Positions 9,519 through 18,483 of a DNA stretch of 64,000 bases are shown here, piece after piece. The translations under genes and the position numbers were made by a program. The DNA lies in contig CAZPYM010000002.1 in assembly GCA_964590105.1 (NCBI GenBank), forward strand, positions 218,697 through 282,696. The letters run 5' to 3'. This DNA comes from an uncultured Gammaproteobacteria bacterium. Lineage in GTDB: Bacteria > Patescibacteriota > Patescibacteriia > UBA11705 > JABHMO01. Each line of letters starts with the position of its first letter. Position 1 is the first letter of the stretch. The notes below the pieces were generated by a model. That model saw only the letters and a list, made by a program, of their open reading frames with translations. It ran no database searches and was not told the DNA's origin.

Positions 9519-10127
9519 ATGGATTATTCTCACGAACAAAATTTAATCGACCGCGGTTATGAGTTCATTTGTGGAATCGACGAAGCCGGCCGCGGACCCT
9601 TGGCCGGACCGTTAGTTTCCGCGGCGGTAATTTTGGATTCTGATAATTCAGATTTTTTTGATTTGATTAAAGATTCAAAAATGTTGAGCGCCAAAAAGCG
9701 AGATGAAGCGTTTGAACTCATAATTGCCAAGTCAAAATGCTGGGCGATCGGAGTGGTTACAAATTTTGAGCTTGATAAACATGGCTTAGCCTTTGCCAAT
9801 AAAATTGCCATGAAGCGTGCCTGGAAATATCTAAAAATAAAACCAAATTATATTTTGTCAGATTACATGGCAAAAGTATATTTTGAAACGCCATTTGAAC
9901 TGATTGTTGACGGAGACAAAAAAATCTTGTCAGTCGCCGCCGCGTCAATCATTGCCAAGGTTTTCCGTGATCGCATGATGGATGCTTTTGCCCGCAAATA
10001 TCCGGCGTACGGCTTTGAACTGCATCGCGGCTATGGCACGAAATTGCATTTGGAAAAAATTGCCGAGCTTGGGCCTTGCGAGATTCACAGGAAAACATTC
10101 AAACCCATAAAAGCCAAGTTATTTTGA
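9519..10127 (+). CDS. rnhB: ribonuclease HII
   Basis: GIDEAGRGPLAGPLV active-site motif. Confidence 0.9.
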   Translation: MDYSHEQNLIDRGYEFICGIDEAGRGPLAGPLVSAAVILDSDNSDFFDLIKDSKMLSAKKRDEAFELIIAKSKCWAIGVVTNFELDKHGLAFANKIAMKRAWKYLKIKPNYILSDYMAKVYFETPFELIVDGDKKILSVAAASIIAKVFRDRMMDAFARKYPAYGFELHRGYGTKLHLEKIAELGPCEIHRKTFKPIKAKLF

Positions 10128-10214
10128 TTCTTGACAAATCAATCGCAAAAACATAGAATATAAAAACTAGTTCATTTCAGTGTCTTCAGGAAAATAAACC
10201 AAAAGGGGGGCCCA

Positions 10215-10556
10215 ATGTACAGACCGGCGCATGACGTTCTATTTGATCGGATTGACCAGCTTGCCGAGCAAATGATCCAGCTCGCAGAATCCGGAGACGC
10301 TATCGGCGTCAAGGGAGAATTGAAAATCTTTGATCAGTTGTGTTTGGTGATTGAAGAAATGATTGTGCCGGAGCCTGAGCTGTCACGGCTTGTTGGCCGG
10401 TTGAATAGCATTGTCCTCAATCCAAGAGCATCTGATTGCCCGTCTCTGGTAGCCAGAATCAGAACTCTGGCAGCGAATTTGGAAAAGCGTTTCGGCAAGA
10501 AGATCCTCCTGCCATATGTACTAAGAGTTTTTGGAAAAAATGATCATCCTTCATAA
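10215..10556 (+). CDS. hypothetical protein (113 aa) in a GC-rich islet
   Basis: Canonical SD aaggggggcccaATG; own terminator downstream. Confidence 0.5.
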   Translation: MYRPAHDVLFDRIDQLAEQMIQLAESGDAIGVKGELKIFDQLCLVIEEMIVPEPELSRLVGRLNSIVLNPRASDCPSLVARIRTLAANLEKRFGKKILLPYVLRVFGKNDHPS

Positions 10557-10715
10557 TGAACTGGCTTCAGTCTGGGCAAGATTGCGTGATTGTGGTCAAG
10601 CATTATGTCAGGAAAAATTGCTCGTGTGGATTATTTTCTAGAGAGATTTAAAGAATTGAGACGTAATATCAACGAATATTGCAAGGAAAAACAATAAGGA
10701 CAAGCAATCAAATCA

Positions 10716-10740
10716 AACCCAATCAGATTGGGTTTTTTTG
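10716..10740 (+). terminator. rho-independent terminator
   Basis: aacccaatcagattgggttttttt. Confidence 0.6.
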
Positions 10741-10758
10741 TTTAATTTTAGTTAATGA

Positions 10759-10787
10759 TTGACAATAAATAATATTCGTGCTATTAT
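10759..10787 (+). promoter_or_regulatory. sigma70-like promoter: TTGACA, 17-nt spacer, TATTAT.
   Basis: ttgacaataaataatattcgtgctattat. Confidence 0.45.
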
Positions 10788-10825
10788 TAACAGTTATTTG
10801 TAAATTGACAACCAGGAGGGAAGAA

Positions 10826-12217
10826 ATGAAAAAGGTGGCTGTTTGGCTACTTGCTTGTGCGTTTATCGTCGCAGTCGCGGCGGTCATTGGATTCATAGTT
10901 TTATTTTTTCTTGGTCGCAGGGCAACCGAGCAGGAGTGGTCGGACAAGACGGCGCGTGAACGCACGCCCGCTGAAATTCGCGGTCTGATGCAGTCTATGG
11001 TGGAGACGCCGCAAAGTGTGCCGAATTTTGTCCCACAGTCGATGTTGGACGATGATGTTTGTTCGGCGGCTGTTTGCAATGCCGTGAACTTTACCGTCGG
11101 CCGAGAACTGCTGAAGTGCGGCGCGGCTTGGCGGTTTCCGAAAACGAATGAGCAGGCGATCTCCCGCACGGTTTTTGATCGGTCAAAAGATTTTTCAATC
11201 GTAACAAATTCCGACGGCAAGCGCCGGATTGTGGAGGATTACGATCGGAATTTTTGGCTGACCAGTCTCTTGGATCCGAACAAGCTGTACGTTGCCGGAT
11301 ACCATTACCACGATACTCTTCATGACGAAGAAATTGTGGCGGATGGAACCGGCCTCAACAGCCATCTGGCTTGGCTCTTGCCGTTGAAAGACGGACGGCG
11401 GTGGTGCTATCATCTGGTTCACCGGCCGAACCGGTGGGATGAAAATCCATACCGGGTTGAACCCGTTGACGAACTTCCGGATGAGTTCGATCTGATCTAC
11501 ATCTGGGAGCTGAAAGGCATTGTTCTGCCGGAAGCCGGTGACAAGATGGTGCTTGTAAACAGAAGCCTGCCGTTTTCCGAACTGCGGTTCTGGTTGAACA
11601 AAGGGCCGGCGTTTGCCGAGTACTACCTGGACACCGGACTGGTGTGGTTGCGCAATCAGTTTGGGAAATACGAACAGTTCCCGGTTGTGCAGAAGCTGGA
11701 CAACGGATTCATTGACTTTGGCGTAACCGGCAGGTTATACCACGGCACAGTGCTCGGAGCGTATGAGGGCGAGTATTTGCATGCTCATCTTGAATCGACT
11801 CGCGGGAAGTACGGCCTCGAGTATCAGTGCGTGGAATTTGTTAACCGATTTTATTCGCGTGTGCTCGGCCACCGCAATCTGACACAAACTGGACATGCTG
11901 ATTCGTATTTGTGGGAAGCGAACGAAAAGGGTTTGGTTGCCTACATGAATGGCTCAAAAACCAAACCTCAGGTGCACGACCTGCTGATTTTTGACGGAGG
12001 CGACGGCGACGGCGATCCCGGGCACCTGGCAGTTGTGATTTCGGTCAGTGATTCTGAAATCTGTTTTGTGCAGCAGAATTTCTACCGGAATAACGTGCCC
12101 GTGATCCGCGATTGCCTGCCCCTTGCCAAAATCAAAGGCAATTGGTTTGTTGATGCGGCTGATACGGATTACTTGCCGGTGGCGGGTTGGTCCAGAATCA
12201 AGGAATCGAAGAATTAG
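10826..12217 (+). CDS. membrane-anchored protein with a C-terminal CHAP-like amidase/peptidase domain
   Basis: SD accaggagggaagaaATG and an N-terminal TM. The C-terminal region has CHAP-like Cys...His blocks: EYQCVEFVNRFY ... GHLAVVISVSD. Confidence 0.5.
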   Translation: MKKVAVWLLACAFIVAVAAVIGFIVLFFLGRRATEQEWSDKTARERTPAEIRGLMQSMVETPQSVPNFVPQSMLDDDVCSAAVCNAVNFTVGRELLKCGAAWRFPKTNEQAISRTVFDRSKDFSIVTNSDGKRRIVEDYDRNFWLTSLLDPNKLYVAGYHYHDTLHDEEIVADGTGLNSHLAWLLPLKDGRRWCYHLVHRPNRWDENPYRVEPVDELPDEFDLIYIWELKGIVLPEAGDKMVLVNRSLPFSELRFWLNKGPAFAEYYLDTGLVWLRNQFGKYEQFPVVQKLDNGFIDFGVTGRLYHGTVLGAYEGEYLHAHLESTRGKYGLEYQCVEFVNRFYSRVLGHRNLTQTGHADSYLWEANEKGLVAYMNGSKTKPQVHDLLIFDGGDGDGDPGHLAVVISVSDSEICFVQQNFYRNNVPVIRDCLPLAKIKGNWFVDAADTDYLPVAGWSRIKESKN

Positions 12218-12247
12218 TAAAGCGGCTAAAAACAAGGAGGGAGAGAG

Positions 12248-12385
12248 ATGAAGAAGCGTCATGTGTTGTTCTTGGCAGTGATGGTAGCGGTCCTGTTCGC
12301 AGTCAGCGTGGCCAGCGCCGGCGGTGGCGGGGGGTATGATCGCGGTGACGGCGGCTGTGGCTGCAACATTGCGGCCGGTGAGTGA
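12248..12385 (+). CDS. small secreted Gly/Cys-rich peptide (45 aa)
   Basis: SD aaggagggagagagATG, signal-like MKKRHVLFLAVMVAVLFAVSVASA, then GGGGGYDRGDGGCGCNIAAGE. A strong terminator follows immediately. Confidence 0.45.
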   Translation: MKKRHVLFLAVMVAVLFAVSVASAGGGGGYDRGDGGCGCNIAAGE

Positions 12386-12399
12386 AGATAGTTTCAAGG

Positions 12400-12436
12400 C
12401 AGACCCCATGCCTCGCATGGGGTCTGTTTTTTTTTG
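12400..12436 (+). terminator. rho-independent terminator
   Basis: cagaccccatgcctcgcatggggtctg followed by tttttttttg. Confidence 0.75.
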
Positions 12437-12620
12437 CACGGATTACAGATTTGCAGATTTGATGGCGGCAGGACAAGAAGTCACTTGAGGATTTCGTTAA
12501 ATTAGGGTAGAATGTAGATACAAGACGAATTTACGAGTTTTTACAAATATAACAAATAAACGGAGACAAGATTAATTTGTGATATTTGTTATTATTTGTA
12601 AATTTGTTTTACTTGTTAAT

Positions 12621-15449
12621 ATGAAAAAATACGATCACAAAAAAATTGAACGCAAGTGGCAGAAGTTTTGGGAAGATAACAAGTTTTATCGGGCTGAAGA
12701 CGGTTCACCAAAAGAAAAATATTACTGCCTGATTGAATTTCCTTATCCGTCCGGCGACGGACTGCACGTCGGCCATGTGCGCAGTTATACAGCGCTCGAT
12801 ATTATTGCCCGCAAAAAAAGAATGCAGGGATTTAATGTTTTGTACCCGATTGGCTGGGACGCCTTTGGATTGCCCGCAGAAAATTACGCCATCAAAACAG
12901 GTAAACACCCGACTATTATTACCAAGGAAAATGTAAAAGTTTTCACCAAGCAGATCAAAAGCTTGGGGATCAGCTTTGATTGGTCGCGCGAGATTAATAC
13001 TACTGATTCTGTCTATTACAAATGGACGCAGTGGATATTTCTTCAATTATATAAACATGGTTTGGCTTACAAAAAGAAAATGCCGATCAATTGGTGCCCG
13101 AGCTGCAAAATTGGTTTGGCCAATGAAGAAGTTATTGACGGTAAGTGCGAGCGTTGCGGCGCGGAAACGGAGAAAAGAGAATTGGAACAGTGGATGTTAA
13201 AAATTACCGCTTATGCCGATCGCCTGATTGAGGACTTGGAAACAGTTGAATATCTGGAAAAAATAAAAACTCAGCAGATCAATTGGATAGGACGAAGCGA
13301 GGGCGCGGAGGTGGATTTTCAAGTGAAAAATTTCAAAGATAATATTCGCGTTTTTACCACTAGGCCGGATACTTTGTTTGGCGCCACTTTTATAGTTTTG
13401 TCGCCCGAACATGAGTTGGTCAATGAAATTACAACCAAGGAGCAAGAGGCTGCAGTATTAAAGTATCAGGAAGAAGCGCGAAAAAAATCTGACTTGGAAA
13501 GGACTGAACTTCAAAAAGAAAAAACAGGTGTATTTACCGGCGCTTATGCTATTAACCCGGTTAATAAAAAGGAAATTCCGATTTGGATTGCCGATTATGT
13601 AATGATGAGTTATGGCACCGGCGCTATCATGGCCGTCCCCGCGCATGATGAAAGAGATTGGGCTTTTGCAAAAAAATATAAACTGGCAATTACCCTGGTT
13701 TTAATGCCTTTTATCCGGGCGCAAGAAAAAGACTTGCCGCGAGTAGACAAGAAAACAGTAAAACGAAATAATGTAATCGTTGTTTTAAAGCATTGGGCAG
13801 AAGAAAAATATTATTGTTTGGATTGGAAAAAATTCGGCTGGACTTCTTTTGTGGTCGGAGGAGTGGAAGATGGCGAAGACTTTGAAACAGCAGCCATTCG
13901 AGAAATGAAAGAAGAATCTGGCTATCAAAATATTAGATCAATAAAACGTTTGGGCGGGCAGATCGCCACAGAATTTTTTGCCCGGCATAAAGATGTTAAT
14001 CGCGAGACGATTATCGAGGGTTATTATATTGAACTTCAGGATGGTGAACGTATTTTGCCGGCGGAAGAAGATGTTCAGTATCACGATGGTCTATGGGTGG
14101 ACAAAGACAAAGTAAACACTTTTATTAATTTGGAAAATCATGCTTGGTATTTCGATATATTAATGAAAGGGGAACAGGTTTATTCCGGCGACGGCATCAA
14201 TATTAATTCTGATTTTTTGGATGGCCTAAAAACTGCTGACGCAAAGAAAAAGATTTCAGCTTGGCTAGAAAAAGAAGGGCTTGGCAAAAAATCGACTAAT
14301 TATCATCTCCGCGACTGGGTTTTTTCGCGCCAGCATTACTGGGGCGAGCCGATTCCAATGGTTTATTGCGTTGAGTGCGGCTGGCAGCCGATTGATGAAA
14401 AAGAACTGCCATTAAAATTGCCAATGGTAAAAAAATATGAGCCGACCGACACGGGCGAGTCGCCATTAGCTTCGATCGAAAAATGGGTAAATACAATTTG
14501 TCCAAAATGCAAAGGTAGAGCAAGACGAGAAACTGACACTATGCCAAATTGGGCTGGGTCGAGCTGGTATTTTCTGCGTTATGTTGATCCGGAAAACAAT
14601 GAAAAACTGGCTGACTTGGAAAAATTAAAATATTGGACACCTGTTGATTTGTATAATGGCGGCATGGAACACACAACTCTGCATTTGTTGTATTCCAGGT
14701 TTTGGCACAAATTCTTGTATGACATTGCGGCTGTGCCGACGCCGGAGCCGTATCAAAAGCGCGTTTCGCACGGCATGATTCTGGCGTCTGACAATCAAAA
14801 AATGTCAAAGTCCCGTGGCAATGTGCTGAATCCGGACCAAATTGTCGAAGAATATGGCGCCGATGCTCTGCGTCTTTATGAAATGTTCATGGGGCCGTAT
14901 GATCAGGCGGTGGCCTGGGACACAAATGGTCTGCGCGGTATAAAAAAGTTTTTGGATCGGGTTTGGGCGGCTGAAAACAGAGAAGATGACAAGGGGGTGA
15001 CTGCGCTACTTCACAAAACAATTAAAAAAGTTACTGAAGACATTGATAAAATGCATTTTAACACGGCAGTCGCGGCCATGATGATTCTCCTTAATAAAAT
15101 TCAGGAAGCCGGTTGTTCTAAACAAACATTTGAAAAGTTTTTGATTATGCTCAGTCCTTTTGCCCCGCATCTTGCCGAAGAAAAATGGAGCGCGCTGGGG
15201 AATGAGGCGGGTATTTCTTTGCAAAAATGGCCGCAGTTTGACGAAGCGCTGGTTATTGATGAGCAAATTCAAATTCCGGTGCAAATCAATGGCAAAGTGC
15301 GTGACAAACTTTTGGTCAGCGCAGATATTGTCGAGGAAGAGCTTAAAAAGTTGGCTCTGGCTAGCGACAAAGTGCAGAAACATTTGGCTGAACGGCAAGT
15401 GAAAAAAATTATTTATGTGACAGGCAGGTTGATCAGCATAGTTGTATAA
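12621..15449 (+). CDS. leuS: leucyl-tRNA synthetase carrying an internal Nudix-box-containing insertion
   Basis: HIGH-like HVGHVRSY, KMSKS, and the conserved blocks AVPAHDERDWAFA and LRDWVFSRQHYWGEPIP. The insert at about nt 13685-14290 contains GGVEDGEDFETAAIREMKEESGY. Confidence 0.9.
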   Translation: MKKYDHKKIERKWQKFWEDNKFYRAEDGSPKEKYYCLIEFPYPSGDGLHVGHVRSYTALDIIARKKRMQGFNVLYPIGWDAFGLPAENYAIKTGKHPTIITKENVKVFTKQIKSLGISFDWSREINTTDSVYYKWTQWIFLQLYKHGLAYKKKMPINWCPSCKIGLANEEVIDGKCERCGAETEKRELEQWMLKITAYADRLIEDLETVEYLEKIKTQQINWIGRSEGAEVDFQVKNFKDNIRVFTTRPDTLFGATFIVLSPEHELVNEITTKEQEAAVLKYQEEARKKSDLERTELQKEKTGVFTGAYAINPVNKKEIPIWIADYVMMSYGTGAIMAVPAHDERDWAFAKKYKLAITLVLMPFIRAQEKDLPRVDKKTVKRNNVIVVLKHWAEEKYYCLDWKKFGWTSFVVGGVEDGEDFETAAIREMKEESGYQNIRSIKRLGGQIATEFFARHKDVNRETIIEGYYIELQDGERILPAEEDVQYHDGLWVDKDKVNTFINLENHAWYFDILMKGEQVYSGDGININSDFLDGLKTADAKKKISAWLEKEGLGKKSTNYHLRDWVFSRQHYWGEPIPMVYCVECGWQPIDEKELPLKLPMVKKYEPTDTGESPLASIEKWVNTICPKCKGRARRETDTMPNWAGSSWYFLRYVDPENNEKLADLEKLKYWTPVDLYNGGMEHTTLHLLYSRFWHKFLYDIAAVPTPEPYQKRVSHGMILASDNQKMSKSRGNVLNPDQIVEEYGADALRLYEMFMGPYDQAVAWDTNGLRGIKKFLDRVWAAENREDDKGVTALLHKTIKKVTEDIDKMHFNTAVAAMMILLNKIQEAGCSKQTFEKFLIMLSPFAPHLAEEKWSALGNEAGISLQKWPQFDEALVIDEQIQIPVQINGKVRDKLLVSADIVEEELKKLALASDKVQKHLAERQVKKIIYVTGRLISIVV

Positions 15450-15468
15450 AACATTGAAGATAAAAAGA

Positions 15469-15499
15469 GGCCCGGTCGCGTGCGCGCGACCGGGCTTTT
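15469..15499. terminator. GC-rich hairpin terminator shared by leuS and the convergent repeat-protein gene.
   Basis: ggcccggtcgcgtgcgcgcgaccgggctttt. Confidence 0.6.
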
Positions 15500-15543
15500 G
15501 GCTGTCTGCCATGGCATCACCTCTTGAGGTGTTTGAAATGGCG

Positions 15544-16182
15544 TCAGCTGACAGAAGTAGCGGGTCTGACCCGGATGACAATATCCACAAGTTCAGCCAG
15601 CTTGACGCTCATTTCGTATTCTTCGACCGTTTTCACGGCCTGTTTTTGAAGTTCGTCAGCTTCCGGCGGCTGGCCGCCAGAAGATTCGGACTGAAACGTG
15701 CTATCCGGCTGGCCAAAGACGGCCGCTTCTTTGACCTCGCGAGTTTCGCGATGCTCTGAAGCTTGAGCGCTCTTGTCAGTGAGGCCGGCCGGTCCGCAAA
15801 TAATCTGCGAATTCCTGTCGGCCAAACCGGCCGGTCCACACACGGTCTTCTGTTTGCCGCCGGCAAGGCCGGCGGGACCGCACATGATCTTCTGTTCGCC
15901 ACCGGCAAGGCCGGCAGGTCCGCAAATGATCTTTTGTTCGCCGCCGACAAGCCCGGCCGGTCCGCAAACGATCTGCGAATTTCTGTCGGCCAATCCGGCG
16001 GGACCGCACATGATCTTCTGTTCGCCGCCGACAAGACCGGCGGGACCGCACATGATCCCGTCATGTGCGCGGCTTTCGAGCGCCGCGAGCAATTCGCTGA
16101 TTTTTTCGTAGGATCGTGACATCATGAGGGCAATAAGCGCGAAACGCGCATCTTCTTTTGAAATGTGGGACTCTGCATTCAT
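15544..16182 (-). CDS. Cys/Gly/Pro tandem-repeat protein with seven 13-aa CGPAGL(V/A)GGEQKI-type repeats.
   Basis: SD ggaggag precedes the second ATG (16182). Seven in-frame 39-bp repeats follow. No signal peptide. Confidence 0.55.
   Translation of the reverse strand: MNAESHISKEDARFALIALMMSRSYEKISELLAALESRAHDGIMCGPAGLVGGEQKIMCGPAGLADRNSQIVCGPAGLVGGEQKIICGPAGLAGGEQKIMCGPAGLAGGKQKTVCGPAGLADRNSQIICGPAGLTDKSAQASEHRETREVKEAAVFGQPDSTFQSESSGGQPPEADELQKQAVKTVEEYEMSVKLAELVDIVIRVRPATSVS
15773..16060. repeat. 39-bp tandem repeat, about 7 copies, inside the coding sequence.
   Basis: ccggccggtccgca(a/c)a(t/c)ga tc... units; contiguous, with no spacers. Confidence 0.8.
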
Positions 16183-16555
16183 CTTTTTCTCCTCCATTCG
16201 GAGATGAATGATTTTGGGGGCTCATCATTTGAGCCGCTACCAATAAATTTGTTTTCAAGTAACAGTTTTCCTAATTAAATTATATAGTATATTAAGGCAA
16301 AGAAAAGATGTTTTGGGGAAAACTTTTCCTTTGTTTTGTCAAATTGAACAAAATAAACCAAAGGAATTTTATCTAATTGTTATTTGAAAAGTGTTAGTGA
16401 ATTTTGACAGTTAAAAACAAAAATTAGATTTATATTAGAAAAAGATGTCAGCCTTTGCCAACAGAATTGGTGGATAAAAAACAGGATTTGTTGTTAATAA
16501 CTGTTAACACATTTTCTTGTTGTTATGCTACAATAAAGTGGTAATTAGTACAAAT

Positions 16556-17305
16556 ATGTTAACACAGGAACTTCTAAGCATTGGTTTGTCAAATAAAGAA
16601 GCGGAAGTGTATTTGTCAGCGCTGCAGCTCGGATATTCATCAGTTCAGGAAATTGCCGCCAAATCAAGCATTAATCGAACAACGGCCTATACTCATATTA
16701 AAAATTTAATTGGCCGAGGTCTTTTGAGCGCAGTTGAAAAAAATGGCAAAGTTTATTACGTGGCGGAAAGACCGGACAAGCTTCAATATATTTACGAACA
16801 GCAGGAAAAGGAAGTCAAGCGCCGGCGGGAGATGCTCCAAAAAATAATGCCGCAGCTGGAATCAATTTACAACTTGGCCCAAGACAGACCCTCGGTGCGC
16901 TATTATAATTATACTGACAAAAACGATTTGGAATTAATCAGGCGGGAAATTGAGGAATTGCGCGCTGATGAAATATACAATATTTTTAATCAGGATCTTT
17001 TTGCCGATTATATAAACCGCCTGCACGTTCAAAATATTTTGGATTCAGTAAAGAAATTCAAAGTCCTGTACATTTCAAAAAATAAAATCATTGACCGTCG
17101 CGTTCAGCCGCTCGTGCAAGACGAAAAATTTCGTTTGAAATTTTTACCGGAAGCTAAGTTTAATTTTTTGTCTGAAGTGCTGATTGCCAATCAAAATGTT
17201 TACATTGCCGGTAACGGCGCCTGGATGATTATTTCCGATAAATTATTTTCACAAACTTTAACTTTACTGTTCCACGCATTGTGGGGAATAGCGGAAGACA
17301 TATAA
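16556..17305 (+). CDS. TrmB-family HTH transcriptional regulator (paralog 2)
   Basis: LSNKEAEVYLSALQLGYSSVQEIAAKSSINRTTAYTHIKNLIGRGLL. Confidence 0.65.
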   Translation: MLTQELLSIGLSNKEAEVYLSALQLGYSSVQEIAAKSSINRTTAYTHIKNLIGRGLLSAVEKNGKVYYVAERPDKLQYIYEQQEKEVKRRREMLQKIMPQLESIYNLAQDRPSVRYYNYTDKNDLELIRREIEELRADEIYNIFNQDLFADYINRLHVQNILDSVKKFKVLYISKNKIIDRRVQPLVQDEKFRLKFLPEAKFNFLSEVLIANQNVYIAGNGAWMIISDKLFSQTLTLLFHALWGIAEDI

Positions 17306-17310
17306 ATTAT

Positions 17311-18054
17311 ATGCTGGAAAAATCTCTGCGCGATTTTGGCCTCACAGACAAAGAAACAAAAGTTTATCTAGCTGCCCTGGAAATGGGAATATCTTCGATC
17401 CAGGAATTGTCCAGAAAGTCAGAAGTTAATCGCGCGACTACCTATATTCAAGTTGAATCCCTAAAAAACAAAGGGTTAGTTAGTGTAATCGAAAAAGATA
17501 AAAAAACTTTGATCATGGCCGAAAAGCCGCAAAGGATTTTGGAGATTTTGGATAAAAGAAAAAATGAAATTGAGTTAATTGAAAAAGGAATTAGCAAGCT
17601 AATGCCGGATTTGGAAGCGATTTACAATGTCAAAGCCGACCGTCCGCGCGTGCGCTTTATGGACACGCAGGCTGGATTTAATTTTTTTCTTGAAGAGATT
17701 ATGAAGCGCCGGCCGGAGGTTATTTTTAATTTATTGCCACAGGCGCATCAGCCGGTGTCGGATATTTTTTGCCGGCTGGTCAAGAAGGTCGGCCAGATAA
17801 AAATCGTCTATATGCTGCCGGAAAATGCAAATGACACCTTCAAAAGATTTTCTAATGTGCATTCCCGCTTTTATAAAATTGACAATTACATGCTGGAAAT
17901 ATTGATGTTCGAAAATCTTGTTGTGATGAACAAGCCTATTTTGCAAGAGAAAAAAAGTACAGCAATCATTATTGAGGACAAAATTTTTTTCCAAAGCTTT
18001 CATACTTTGTTCAATATATTCTGGGACGCCAGTGTGCCAGTTCTAAATGCGTGA
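17311..18054 (+). CDS. TrmB-family HTH transcriptional regulator (paralog 3), tandem to paralog 2.
   Basis: LTDKETKVYLAALEMGISSIQELSRKSEVNRATTYIQVESLKNKGLV. Confidence 0.65.
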   Translation: MLEKSLRDFGLTDKETKVYLAALEMGISSIQELSRKSEVNRATTYIQVESLKNKGLVSVIEKDKKTLIMAEKPQRILEILDKRKNEIELIEKGISKLMPDLEAIYNVKADRPRVRFMDTQAGFNFFLEEIMKRRPEVIFNLLPQAHQPVSDIFCRLVKKVGQIKIVYMLPENANDTFKRFSNVHSRFYKIDNYMLEILMFENLVVMNKPILQEKKSTAIIIEDKIFFQSFHTLFNIFWDASVPVLNA

Positions 18055-18114
18055 AAATATAAAACCGGGTTGTTGAAACCCGGCCATTGAGCGGCTTATT
18101 TCGCCCGCATATTG

Positions 18115-18483
18115 TTATCTGCCCAGCTGCGGCAGAAGGATTTTTCTGGTTCCATCGGAAATGGACTTGCACCCAGGGCCGCCGCCAAAGCAGCCAAGTT
18201 TAATGCTCGGTTCGTGTTTTCCCCGCTGGCTGTAGAGGATGTTACCATCCGAGAGATGGACTACTTTTCTTGCGCTGCGTTGACTTAAAATGATTGGTCT
18301 GGCTCCGTCAGTGATTGGTCTGCACCCGGGGCCGCCACCAAAGCAGCCCAGGCTCATGTGAGGGTAGTCACTCAGTCCGTGATTCGTTGCATAGAGAATT
18401 CGTGAATCTTTTTGTGTTTCCGTAAACCTCCAATTCTGATTCATGTTCATAGCACCTCCGCAACTGTTAATTCTCCCCAGCAT
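18115..18483 (-). CDS. repeat protein with two roughly 46-aa units, each containing LGCFGGGPGC(R/K)xI(T/S)DG.
   Basis: Two GC-rich DNA repeats. An internal ggaggtg SD-like motif precedes Met12 and Met14, so the true start may be 18450 or 18444. Confidence 0.5.
   Translation of the reverse strand: MLGRINSCGGAMNMNQNWRFTETQKDSRILYATNHGLSDYPHMSLGCFGGGPGCRPITDGARPIILSQRSARKVVHLSDGNILYSQRGKHEPSIKLGCFGGGPGCKSISDGTRKILLPQLGR

Noticed and set aside
10723-12439. Minus-strand ORFs 10723-11220, 11195-11422 and 11954-12439
   Set aside because: They lie antisense within the GC-rich CHAP-like gene and peptide gene. Long antisense ORFs are expected in GC-rich DNA. They have no RBS or terminator support, whereas the plus-strand genes have both.
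15773-16060. 39-bp tandem repeats considered as a possible CRISPR array
   Set aside because: Units are contiguous with no spacers, lie in one long open reading frame with a good SD, and translate into a regular peptide repeat. No cas genes are nearby.
15633-16119. Alternative-frame ORFs over the repeat region (15633-16064 -, 15763-16119 +, 15773-16111 +, 15776-16051 -)
   Set aside because: All are shadows of the same 39-bp periodic sequence. Only the 15544-16182 minus-strand frame has a start with SD and reaches a terminator.
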